Below are positions 15,088 to 22,990 of a stretch of 36,043 nucleotides of DNA, in pieces. Source of the DNA: an uncultured Oscillospiraceae bacterium. GTDB taxonomy: Bacteria > Bacillota > Clostridia > Oscillospirales > Acutalibacteraceae. The stretch lies in contig USLV01000001.1 of the NCBI GenBank assembly GCA_900555705.1, positions 1 through 36,043 of the forward strand, given 5' to 3'. Within the stretch, counting starts at the first letter, position 1. The number at the start of each line of letters is the position of its first letter. The position numbers and the translations under genes are program-made. The notes below the pieces were generated by a model. The model was given only the letters and a program-made list of their open reading frames with translations, was not told where the DNA came from and made no database searches.

Positions 15088-17224
15088 TTAACACACCTCT
15101 GTTTGAAATATAGATATCAATAAACGGGTCGTCGTACGTCGGCTTATCATCCGACTGGATCAGCTGCTTCTCCAACAGGGCCTTTTTGAGCTTTTGGGAA
15201 ACGGCATGATTGAGATGGCTGATCCGACATTGGATTCTGGGCGAGATCGCGAGTTCTCTTGTGCCGGCTTTATGAAGATACATGCAGCGGTTGCAGATCT
15301 TGACGTCACAGCTTGTGCACAAAGGAGAGGCGTCCCGACGGCAGAATTTGCTCTGCGACAGATCGATGCCATGCTCAAGGTCTCCAATGCTGTCCATTCC
15401 GTTAAAATAAAAGGCGGGGCAGATATAGAATTTCCCGTCCGGTGCCAGCGCGGCAGTGGTCGCACCGGCAGAACAATCGATTTCATTGGTTTTGTCAAAT
15501 GCATCCGTCAGCAAATTCAGAGCAGGCTTGCAGCCCGCTTCATACTGCTCGATCAGATAATCAGAGAGCGTTTCCAGCTGTTCTTTATACAGCGCGTAGT
15601 CCGCTTCCTTCCAAGACAACAGATCCTGCAGAAAAATGTTCAGTCTGGGCGACTTGACGAACAGAGCTTTTGCCATATCCGCCATATTCGACAGCGTATT
15701 GCGGGAAACCAGCAGAATGGTGGCCTCACCGCCCTCGAAACCATCATATACCTGATTGTCATGAACCGTTATGGTGCCTGCTGCTCCGTCTCTGTCGGCG
15801 CCGTTGATCTGAAAATACATATTATCCACCTGGTTCAGCCCATGATCGCATTCGCCGAGGAACACAGGAACCAACTGGTTATCGGTGCAATAGGCCAGTC
15901 CCTTTTTCAAAACTTCTTCGGACATTACTACATCGCTTTCGGGCCGGGATTCATAGGAGCAGTGAGGCGTGATATTGTCGGCGGTAATGAAATACAGATG
16001 CTTCAGGCCGATATTTCCTATCGAATTGGCTTTGGCGGTGGTAAGGGGAGCGGTCTTGCCCGTCGCCTCGCTGTACCGTTTCCAGAAATACCGATTGGCC
16101 CGGGCATTTGCTTTGTGCATATTGCAAAGAGAGATGGTGCGTTCAAAGATGGTATCCTTATCCGATGCCTCATAATTATGGGCTACGCACCATCCGCAGC
16201 CGAGTCCCACATCACAGGTATTGCAGTCATGCGGACTTTGGGATTTCCAGTCCAGCGAGATAAAAGAACGAAGCATGTCCATATTGATACCGTGTTCGAT
16301 ATCTCCCACAGTGAGCTTCTGATGGCCGGGACTGAAGCACATCTGCAAAAAGCGGATACAGGGATAAATAGATCCTTCACTGTCAAAGGCAAACGTCTTG
16401 TATCCCGCGCCGCAGCGATTACGATTCAAAGCCTCTGTTGTAACCGGAAGACCTACGGTAGCATTAAAAAAGGAGGTCGAAACCTTGTCCCACAGTTCAT
16501 TTTCAATTACGTAATCCGCCAGTTCCATGAGCTGATTCTCGAAAATGACATCGTCACCCTCCTGCCAGACATCTTCGTACACCAGATTCGCGGTAGCGAT
16601 AGAAAGACCGGTGTTCCAGAGATGAATGATGCTGTCTTTTAAATAGGGCAGGTCGGCGTGGGCAAAGGTTGCCTTTGTACTGGCACCCGGGAATTGACGC
16701 AACCAAAGCGGAACGTTTTTGATGACATCGTCATACGAGCCGGTACCGTCAATCTTCTTTCTGGACAAGTCGTGCTTCTCTTTGTTGCCGTCCAGACTGA
16801 TGGTGAACGAGCAGTGTCCTTCGTGCTTCTTGAAATAAGCCTGTACCTTTTCTTTATGATACAGTGTTCCGTTGGACGAAAAGGAAAACCGGTATCGATC
16901 GAACCACTTATGGCCGGTCGCGTACATCTTTGCTACAATATAATCGCTGATTTTATCGATGAGGTCGATCTCCAGTAACGGCTCGCCGCCTATAAAATCC
17001 CACACAACGGCGTCTTCGCTACAGATATAGGGATCTTCCAACACGTAATCTACGATCTTTTTCGCTGTTTCATAGTTCATCACATGAAACTCATTTTTGC
17101 CTACCATGTAGCAATAGGTACAACGGAGATTACAGTCCTCTGTCACGCAGAATGTCAGGGTCACACATTTTCCGCTGCGCCATGACTGGGCCCCCTGTGC
17201 CATATAGACGTTTGCATCATACAT
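15068..17224 (-). CDS. Radical SAM/SPASM peptide maturase (CXXX-repeat target type) with a long C-terminal extension carrying a second SPASM-like Cys cluster
   Basis: The CNLRCTYCY motif (CxxxCxxC) is near the N-terminus, followed by GGEPLL. The first SPASM region is ...RCGAGYKTFAFDSEGSIYPC...CNTCDVGLGCGWCVAHN. The second is ...CSAGATTAALAPDGKFYICP...CTSCDVKICNRCMY.... Start set at ATG 17224 (MYDANVY) with GAGGAAG upstream. It overlaps the ligase stop by 8 nt. Confidence 0.88.
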   Translation of the reverse strand: MYDANVYMAQGAQSWRSGKCVTLTFCVTEDCNLRCTYCYMVGKNEFHVMNYETAKKIVDYVLEDPYICSEDAVVWDFIGGEPLLEIDLIDKISDYIVAKMYATGHKWFDRYRFSFSSNGTLYHKEKVQAYFKKHEGHCSFTISLDGNKEKHDLSRKKIDGTGSYDDVIKNVPLWLRQFPGASTKATFAHADLPYLKDSIIHLWNTGLSIATANLVYEDVWQEGDDVIFENQLMELADYVIENELWDKVSTSFFNATVGLPVTTEALNRNRCGAGYKTFAFDSEGSIYPCIRFLQMCFSPGHQKLTVGDIEHGINMDMLRSFISLDWKSQSPHDCNTCDVGLGCGWCVAHNYEASDKDTIFERTISLCNMHKANARANRYFWKRYSEATGKTAPLTTAKANSIGNIGLKHLYFITADNITPHCSYESRPESDVVMSEEVLKKGLAYCTDNQLVPVFLGECDHGLNQVDNMYFQINGADRDGAAGTITVHDNQVYDGFEGGEATILLVSRNTLSNMADMAKALFVKSPRLNIFLQDLLSWKEADYALYKEQLETLSDYLIEQYEAGCKPALNLLTDAFDKTNEIDCSAGATTAALAPDGKFYICPAFYFNGMDSIGDLEHGIDLSQSKFCRRDASPLCTSCDVKICNRCMYLHKAGTRELAISPRIQCRISHLNHAVSQKLKKALLEKQLIQSDDKPTYDDPFIDIYISNRGVLNAKYDV

Positions 17225-18728
17225 TGTGTACTTCCTCGTTTCTTTTTGTTTTTCCGTTATAGGTTTTTGCCAGCGCTTTGACAAATTCGATCCTGCGAGG
17301 CGCTTTATAGCCGGAAAGCCTGTCCAGGCAATAGTTAATCAGCGCCCCTTCGCTAACCTCCTCTCCCTCCTTTATAACAATCTTGGCGCATGGCAGTTCT
17401 CCCATATATTCATCCGGCACGCCGTAAACCATGACGTCCGCCACACAAGGATGACTGAATAACACCTCTTCTACTTCCTCCGGGTAAATGTTGATTCCGC
17501 CGCTGATAATCATATTTTTTCTGCGGCCTGTCAGGTAGAGATAGCCTTCTTCGTCCAGCCGGCCAAGATCGCCGGTATACAGCCAGCCATTCCGTAAGAC
17601 AGCGGTTGTGGCGGAATCATTTTTGTAATACCCCTTCATTACGTTTTCGCCGCGCACTACAATTTCGCCAATTTTTCCATGATCCAAAACCTGTCCCTGT
17701 TCATCCACCACGGCTACCGTTACACCGGGAATAGGTCGTCCAACCGAACCCAGCTTGCGAACAGAATCTTCCGGCAATAAGGCGGTTACACGAGGAGATG
17801 CCTCTGTTTGCCCGTAGGTTTGCACAAAACCAACAGTGGGGAAGGCGCTGATCAGTTGCCGCAGCTTATCCACCGGCATTTTTCCTCCGCCAAAACAGAT
17901 ATACCGGAGAGAATGGATGTCGTATTCCTCTCGGCGGCGATAATCCAATAGGGAGAGCAGCATAGTGGGTACGCCTGTAAAATTGGTAACGCGGCATGTC
18001 TCCACAGCAGAAAAGAATTTCTTTGCAAGAAACATTCCTTCCAAAATCACCATAGATGCCCCCAGGTAAACATGAGTCAGGAACTGCGCCGTGTTACAGT
18101 ATCCAAAATACATGGGGAGGGCAATGAGAACAACATCATCTGCATTTAGAGAAAGGGAAGCGATGTTGGAACGTATATTGCACAACAGATTTTGATGAGT
18201 GAGCATTACCCGCTTGGGATGACTGAGTGTTCCCGACGTATGTAACATTACAGCAGTGGCATTTCGCCCTTCGTTATCCGCGACGCCTGCGGTCTTGATA
18301 ATCCATCCTTTTTCTCCTGCCAGCTTGGTCACATGCAAGGTATCTGTGTTTAGCAGATAGATCGAGTAAGGATAAGACTCTAATATCTGAGTTAATCCCG
18401 GTTGCAGCGCTGAATTGGTGATTATCAGATCAATTTCACAATTTTCCAGCGTGCTCCGTATCTCCGGCCCTTTGGACTGAGGGCCAATGGGTATAATAGT
18501 TCTATTTGCATATAGAATTCCAAAATATGAAACAGCATAGGCAATGGAGTTGGGCAAAAATAATGCCACATGGCATGAACTTGGAGACAGGCATCGAGAG
18601 AGAGAAATGGCTATATTTGTCGCTTTTGCATGCCACTCACGGTAGGATAGCCGTTGTTCTCCTTGCGTAATCGCCGTTTTGTCGTGGTATTTCCAGCGCG
18701 ACAATAGTCCACAGAGATGATCTATCAT
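17217..18728 (-). CDS. Class I adenylate-forming enzyme (acyl-CoA/acyl-ACP synthetase, ANL superfamily)
   Basis: ANL core motifs are present: LHTSGTLSHPKRV, YGQTEASP, GWLYTGDLGRLDEEGYLYLTGRRKNMIISGGINIYPEEVE, and a C-terminal YNGKTKR. Start set at ATG 18728 with AAGGAGGG 8 nt upstream. Confidence 0.88.
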   Translation of the reverse strand: MIDHLCGLLSRWKYHDKTAITQGEQRLSYREWHAKATNIAISLSRCLSPSSCHVALFLPNSIAYAVSYFGILYANRTIIPIGPQSKGPEIRSTLENCEIDLIITNSALQPGLTQILESYPYSIYLLNTDTLHVTKLAGEKGWIIKTAGVADNEGRNATAVMLHTSGTLSHPKRVMLTHQNLLCNIRSNIASLSLNADDVVLIALPMYFGYCNTAQFLTHVYLGASMVILEGMFLAKKFFSAVETCRVTNFTGVPTMLLSLLDYRRREEYDIHSLRYICFGGGKMPVDKLRQLISAFPTVGFVQTYGQTEASPRVTALLPEDSVRKLGSVGRPIPGVTVAVVDEQGQVLDHGKIGEIVVRGENVMKGYYKNDSATTAVLRNGWLYTGDLGRLDEEGYLYLTGRRKNMIISGGINIYPEEVEEVLFSHPCVADVMVYGVPDEYMGELPCAKIVIKEGEEVSEGALINYCLDRLSGYKAPRRIEFVKALAKTYNGKTKRNEEVHNV

Positions 18729-18813
18729 GTGAAAACCCTCCTTAATATAGATATAAGTATCACGCATATATATATTACATCACATAATTTGATAAAATCA
18801 TTCCTTTTATGCT

Positions 18814-18842
18814 ATTATATTTGAAAAATAAAACAATGTCAA
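18814..18842 (-). promoter_or_regulatory. Consensus sigma-A promoter of the RiPP operon
   Basis: Minus strand reads TTGACA (18842-18837), a 17-nt spacer, then TATAAT (18819-18814). A very AT-rich UP-like tract lies upstream. The -10 box is about 85 nt upstream of the first ATG at 18728. Confidence 0.65.
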
Positions 18843-19294
18843 TAATATTAAATAAAATAATAAGATATTCGACAAAAAATATTGTTTTTATATTGTGGAC
18901 AAATTTCCTTGTCATATTTATGGAGGGTGACCGATGTGCAGAAGTTGAATGGGAAAGAACGATCTTTCCGCTTCCTGTGACATCTAAGTCGGCAGATTCG
19001 AAGGTGAAATGAGATGTTGCGTGTTGATCGGCATACTTTTGCAATGCGTCTCAACCCCTTACGGGTTAACACATGTCGCATGTTTTTTGTCCTGTGCCAT
19101 ATGGAAAAGAGCAGGTTCCAGTCAACATACATGATCGTTTCCATGGACGGAAAGCACTGGATCAGGAAATAGCGGCTGCAGCATGCGGGGATGTGTCTGA
19201 ATTCTGTTAAGTGACGAGCCGTTAGCACGGAACGGTACATGTCTTTTATATAGATTTTATTGCATGAGTACGAGACTGGTCGTTTGATTTTCCT

Positions 19295-19328
19295 TATAAA
19301 ACAAAGAACCGGGCTTTTAGCCCGGTTC
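19295..19328 (-). terminator. Rho-independent terminator (minus strand)
   Basis: GAACCGGGCT (19306-19315) pairs with AGCCCGGTTC (19319-19328). On the minus strand it is followed by TTTGTTTTAT. Confidence 0.6.
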
Positions 19329-19930
19329 CGCGACACTGCGAACTTTTTTCTTTTTTCAGATCCTGATAATCATCAAAAGCTGTGATGAAACAAAAGAGCG
19401 AAAGAAATTTTCGCTGACGTTGACGGCCCTGGCAAGGCCGGCCGCGTTGTAAACAGTAGATGGAAGAATCATCTGTGAAAGCGATCTGCACAGTGGGTTT
19501 CGTATGGTTTCATCGAGTCACGATAAAATAACCTCTGCCAAGTCCTGGCGGATTTTGTGCTCTGATGGTGCAGGATTGACGGAGGTTTTTAGCTCTGTCA
19601 CAGCAGACTGACCCGACAAGTGAATGTCACCCCAACGAACATCTACAGGTGATACCTTGACCAATAGATAGTATCCCACGAATCGGATTTCCGGCAAGCG
19701 CACCTGCATCGCACAGCGATGGTATGGGACTGTTTTACGCGCATCATTTACGTAAATAACCAAAGCCTAGATAAGATAATATCTGCGCTTTGATTATTTG
19801 TTTTGTTGTAACAGAGTAAATGAAAACAGCCTTTCGGCTGGCATGGTCACTTCACAATGTCGTCGCTATCCACACGGGTTTCTGCCCTTTTGAACAATTT
19901 TCCCAGAACCCTGCGGTTCGCCGCCTGCTC

Positions 19931-19974
19931 CTACAATAAAGAAAAGAACAGCCCGCCCTGTCGGGCAGACTGTT
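19931..19974 (-). terminator. Terminator of the tRNA operon; bidirectional appearance
   Basis: Stem AGAACAG (19943-19949) / CTGTTCT (19968-19974) with an inner CCCG/CGGG helix. It is followed by TTTCTTTATTG on the minus strand and by TTTTTT on the plus strand. It lies directly downstream of tRNA-Val. Confidence 0.6.
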
Positions 19975-19981
19975 CTTTTTT

Positions 19982-20058
19982 TGGTGGGCGTAAACGGACT
20001 CGAACCGCTGACCTCTTGCGTGTGAAGCAAGCGCTCTAACCAGCTGAGCTATACGCCC
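19982..20058 (-). tRNA. tRNA-Val (anticodon CAC), CCA encoded
   Basis: The reverse complement is GGGCGTATAGCTCAGCTGGTTAGAGCGCTTGCTTCACACGCAAGAGGTCAGCGGTTCGAGTCCGTTTACGCCCACCA. I folded the cloverleaf by hand; the anticodon loop is TTCACAC. Confidence 0.9.
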
Positions 20059-20066
20059 GTAAAAAA

Positions 20067-20141
20067 TGGTGACCCGGACGAGAATCGAACTCGTGTTACC
20101 GCCGTGAAAGGGCGGTGTCTTAGCCGCTTGACCACCGGGCC
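20067..20141 (-). tRNA. tRNA-Glu (anticodon TTC), CCA encoded
   Basis: The reverse complement is GGCCCGGTGGTCAAGCGGCTAAGACACCGCCCTTTCACGGCGGTAACACGAGTTCGATTCTCGTCCGGGTCACCA. The anticodon loop is CTTTCAC. Confidence 0.9.
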
Positions 20142-20144
20142 AAA

Positions 20145-20221
20145 TGGTAGCGGTAGTCGGATTTGAACCAACGACACTGCGGGTATGAACCGCATGCTCT
20201 AGCCAACTGAGCTATACCGCC
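20145..20221 (-). tRNA. tRNA with anticodon CAT; elongator tRNA-Met, or tRNA-Ile2 if modified with lysidine
   Basis: The reverse complement is GGCGGTATAGCTCAGTTGGCTAGAGCATGCGGTTCATACCCGCAGTGTCGTTGGTTCAAATCCGACTACCGCTACCA. The anticodon loop is TTCATAC. It lacks the three G-C pairs in the anticodon stem that mark initiator tRNA. The 1-72 pair is G-U. Confidence 0.85.
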
Positions 20222-20251
20222 ATATAAAGCCCCACAAAAGGGGGCCTTGTT

Positions 20252-20280
20252 ATTATATAATAGGGACAAGCATTTGTCAA
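20252..20280 (-). promoter_or_regulatory. Consensus sigma-A promoter upstream of the tRNA cluster
   Basis: Minus strand reads TTGACA (20280-20275), a 17-nt spacer, then TATAAT (20257-20252), about 30 nt upstream of tRNA-Met. Confidence 0.6.
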
Positions 20281-20289
20281 CTAAAATTT

Positions 20290-21102
20290 TCAAACTTTTT
20301 GGTCTGCGATTTCCGTGCTTCCCATCTGGATACAGCCGACCGGACAAGAAGAAACACAGGCGCCGCAGCCGACGCATTTGGAGCCGTCGATCTCTGCCAG
20401 AAAGCCGGTTACATGGATGGCGTCGTATTCGCAGACCTTTGTGCATTTCATGCAGCCGATACAGCCTTTGCTGCATGCCTTGCGCACCTCCGCGCCTTTC
20501 GCATGGCTGCTGCAGCGGACAACGGCGGGCTGCGCAGCGGGCAGCAGGGCAATCAGCGATTTCGGACAGGCGCCGACACACAGTCCGCAGGCGCGGCACT
20601 GGTCCGGATCAATGACCGCCAGGCCGTTCTCCACCGAGATGGCGCCATATTCGCAGACTGCCGCACAGTCGCCGTAGCCGAGGCAGCCATACGCGCACAG
20701 CTTGTCGCCGCCGAAAAATTGCGTCGCAGCTGCGCAGGAAGGGATGCCGTGATAATCGGCGCGCCTCCCGGCAATCTCATCACAGCCGCCGCAGCGCACC
20801 CTTGCTGCTGTTTTTTCCATGGAGACCTCACCGCCGACCAGCGCCGCAGTCGCAGATGCGACCTCCTCGCCGCCGGGGGAACAGAGTCCGGGCTTTGCCT
20901 CGCCGCTGGCCATCGCGGCGGCATAGCCGTCACAGCCGGAGTAGCCGCAGGCGCCACAGTTCGCGCCGGGCAACAGTGCCCGGATCGCCTCCGCTTTCTC
21001 GTCCCGCGGAACAGCCAGAAGGACGGAGGCAACCGCCAGAATCAGACCGGCCGCAAGCGCCAGCCCGGCCACGATCAGCACAGCCAACAGAATCGGATTC
21101 AT
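20290..21102 (-). CDS. rnfB: Rnf electron transport complex subunit B (polyferredoxin)
   Basis: N-terminal TM helix, then LPGANCGACGYSGCDGYA, followed by several CxxCxxCxxxCP ferredoxin motifs. It is the last gene of the rnfCDGEAB order. Confidence 0.9.
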   Translation of the reverse strand: MNPILLAVLIVAGLALAAGLILAVASVLLAVPRDEKAEAIRALLPGANCGACGYSGCDGYAAAMASGEAKPGLCSPGGEEVASATAALVGGEVSMEKTAARVRCGGCDEIAGRRADYHGIPSCAAATQFFGGDKLCAYGCLGYGDCAAVCEYGAISVENGLAVIDPDQCRACGLCVGACPKSLIALLPAAQPAVVRCSSHAKGAEVRKACSKGCIGCMKCTKVCEYDAIHVTGFLAEIDGSKCVGCGACVSSCPVGCIQMGSTEIADQKV

Positions 21103-21175
21103 ATGTCAGGACCATTCCTTTCTCTGCACTTTCTGCCGGTTCCGTACAGACGAGCGGCAGCGGGTTTGCACATGG

Positions 21176-21763
21176 TTACAGACCGAAAAGCCCCTGGAAG
21201 CCCAGGAAGGAGACCGAGACCAGCGACGCGGAAACCAGCGTGATGGGGAGCCCCTGAAGGCTCTTCGGAACTGCCGCGGTCTCGAGCCGTTCCCGTACTC
21301 CGGCGAACATCACCATCGCGAGCAGGAAGCCCAATCCCGCACCGAGTGCGTTGACCAGTGACTGGGCATAGGAATAGCCACTGTCGATGTTGAGGATGGT
21401 GACGCCGAGAACCGCACAGTTGGTCGTGATCAGCGGAAGATAGATGCCGAGCGACTGATAGAGCGGCTTGACAAAGCGCTTCAGCACAATTTCGACGAGC
21501 TGCACCAGCGCCGCGATCACGAGAATGAAGACAATGGTCTGGAGATAACCGAGGCCGTTTGGGGTCAGCAGATAGGTCTGAATGGGCCAGGTCGCCGCCG
21601 TCGCCATCAGCATGACGAAAATAACGGCAGCGGACATGCCGGCTGCAGAGCCAATTTTTTTCGAGACGCCAAGGAACGGACAGATGCCGAGAAACTGGGA
21701 CAGCACGAAATTGTTGACCAGCAGTCCGCCCATCAGGATGGCAAAAAAGGATGCATCAGCCAT
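21176..21763 (-). CDS. rnfA: Rnf electron transport complex subunit A
   Basis: 195-aa polytopic protein reading ...LLVNNFVLSQFLGICPFLGVS...TNCAVLGV..., the RnfA/NqrE signature. Confidence 0.92.
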   Translation of the reverse strand: MADASFFAILMGGLLVNNFVLSQFLGICPFLGVSKKIGSAAGMSAAVIFVMLMATAATWPIQTYLLTPNGLGYLQTIVFILVIAALVQLVEIVLKRFVKPLYQSLGIYLPLITTNCAVLGVTILNIDSGYSYAQSLVNALGAGLGFLLAMVMFAGVRERLETAAVPKSLQGLPITLVSASLVSVSFLGFQGLFGL

Positions 21764-22457
21764 TGTCGTCGCCCCCTTCCTCTGTCGTCGCGGCGTTCAT
21801 CCGGGCACAGGCCGCGGCATTCGGGCAGGCGGCGCAGCCGGTCGACTGCCGCGGTTCAAAGCTCCGGTCAAAACGGGCGGAGAGACGGTTGGTTAGCCAG
21901 ATCAGCATACCGAAGACGAAGAAACCACCCGCCGGGAGTACAAAAATCGTGATCGCCGGTAGCAGCCCACCCTCCGGCCAGCCGAACAGTGTGCCGTTGC
22001 CGAGCAGCTCGCGGATGCTGCCCATGATCACCAGTGCGGCGGTGAAGCCGGCGCCCATGCCGAGCCCGTCCAGTGCAGACAGACCGACACTGTTTTTACT
22101 CGCGAACGCCTCCGCGCGGCCGAGGATAATGCAGTTGACCACGATGAGGGGGAGATAGATGCCGAGCGAGTCGTTGACCGCCGGCAGGAAGGCTTGCACC
22201 AGCATTTGTACGATGGTGGTGAAGCCGGCGATGATCACAATATAGGCGGGCAGGCGAACCTTATCCGGGATTACCTTCCGCAGCAGGGAAATCACGATGT
22301 TGGAGCAGACAAGCACAAAGGTGGCCGCCGCGCCCATGCCGAGCCCGTTGACGGCGGCGGTGGTGACCGCCAGCGTCGGACAGGTGCCGAGCACCAGCCG
22401 CAGAACGGGATTTTCCTTCAGGATGCCCTTCGCAAAGGACTGGGCATATCGGTTCAT
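21756..22457 (-). CDS. rnfE: Rnf electron transport complex subunit E
   Basis: ...GILKENPVLRLVLGTCPTLAVT...VVNCIILGRAEAFA... is the RnfE/NqrD signature. Its ATG overlaps the rnfG TGA (ATGA). It has a roughly 30-aa C-terminal tail containing GCAACPNAAAC. Confidence 0.9.
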   Translation of the reverse strand: MNRYAQSFAKGILKENPVLRLVLGTCPTLAVTTAAVNGLGMGAAATFVLVCSNIVISLLRKVIPDKVRLPAYIVIIAGFTTIVQMLVQAFLPAVNDSLGIYLPLIVVNCIILGRAEAFASKNSVGLSALDGLGMGAGFTAALVIMGSIRELLGNGTLFGWPEGGLLPAITIFVLPAGGFFVFGMLIWLTNRLSARFDRSFEPRQSTGCAACPNAAACARMNAATTEEGGDDNG

Positions 22458-22990
22458 GCAGTCCCCTCCTCTCCGATCAGCTCATAATAGGACAGCGCCA
22501 GTTCCACGCCGTGAAGCACGCCTTTGGAGGTCTTGGTCGCCTGGGAAACGGTGTCAACACCGTCGACAGAGGGTTTCCCGGCGAAGGCATCGAGCAGGCC
22601 GGCCTTCCGCACCTTGTCGATGTAACCGGCGGTTTCGTTTTCCTCTGTGACCTCGACGCCGGTGACAGTGCCGTCGGACGCAATGCCGGTCATGATGACC
22701 AGTCCGGAACTCTTGCCGGTGGTGGTGGCGGTGAAGACATAGCCGACGAGCGCACCGTTTTTCAGCGCACGATGATATCGCACCTCCCGGCCGTCAGCCG
22801 TCAAAGAGGCCTCTTCAAAGCTGTCGGCGTCGATCACAGTCTGCCGGGCGGTGGTGGCGGTCTGTTCATTGATTGCCGCAATGCGATCCGCCGTCAACGC
22901 ATTGGTACCGGCCAGAGCGGCGGTGACGCCGCCGCCGATGATCGCCAGTGCCAGTGTGGACACCGCGATATCGCGCAGGTTCTTACTCAT
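22454..22990 (-). CDS. rnfG: Rnf electron transport complex subunit G (FMN-binding)
   Basis: N-terminal TM helix and an FMN_bind-type domain (...VDTVSQATKTSKGV...). Start set at ATG 22990 (MSKNLRD) with GGAAGGAGG upstream. Confidence 0.85.
   Translation of the reverse strand: MSKNLRDIAVSTLALAIIGGGVTAALAGTNALTADRIAAINEQTATTARQTVIDADSFEEASLTADGREVRYHRALKNGALVGYVFTATTTGKSSGLVIMTGIASDGTVTGVEVTEENETAGYIDKVRKAGLLDAFAGKPSVDGVDTVSQATKTSKGVLHGVELALSYYELIGEEGTA

Noticed and set aside
18775-19336. ORFs 18775..19044 (89 aa) and 18848..19336 (162 aa) upstream of the RiPP operon.
   Set aside because: The first runs through the -35 and -10 boxes and the AT-rich UP region. The second starts inside the terminator hairpin and is rich in Cys, Arg and Lys. 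Neither has an RBS or a recognisable motif, so I treat the region as non-coding pending blastx.
19518-19763. An 81-aa minus-strand ORF between the tRNA terminator and the 19.3-kb terminator, considered as a toxin-antitoxin gene or an integrase remnant.
   Set aside because: The tracked start is a TTG with no RBS. The first in-frame ATG gives 63 aa with no motif I recognise. I could not match it to RelE/HicA/MazF-type toxins or to tyrosine-recombinase C-termini by eye. It remains a possible decayed gene but is not annotated.
21756-21850. The Cys-containing C-terminal tail of RnfE (GCAACPNAAAC) as a possible extra metal site.
   Set aside because: It is short and low-complexity, and it overlaps the rnfA start region. 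This cannot be distinguished from lineage-specific tail variation without an alignment.
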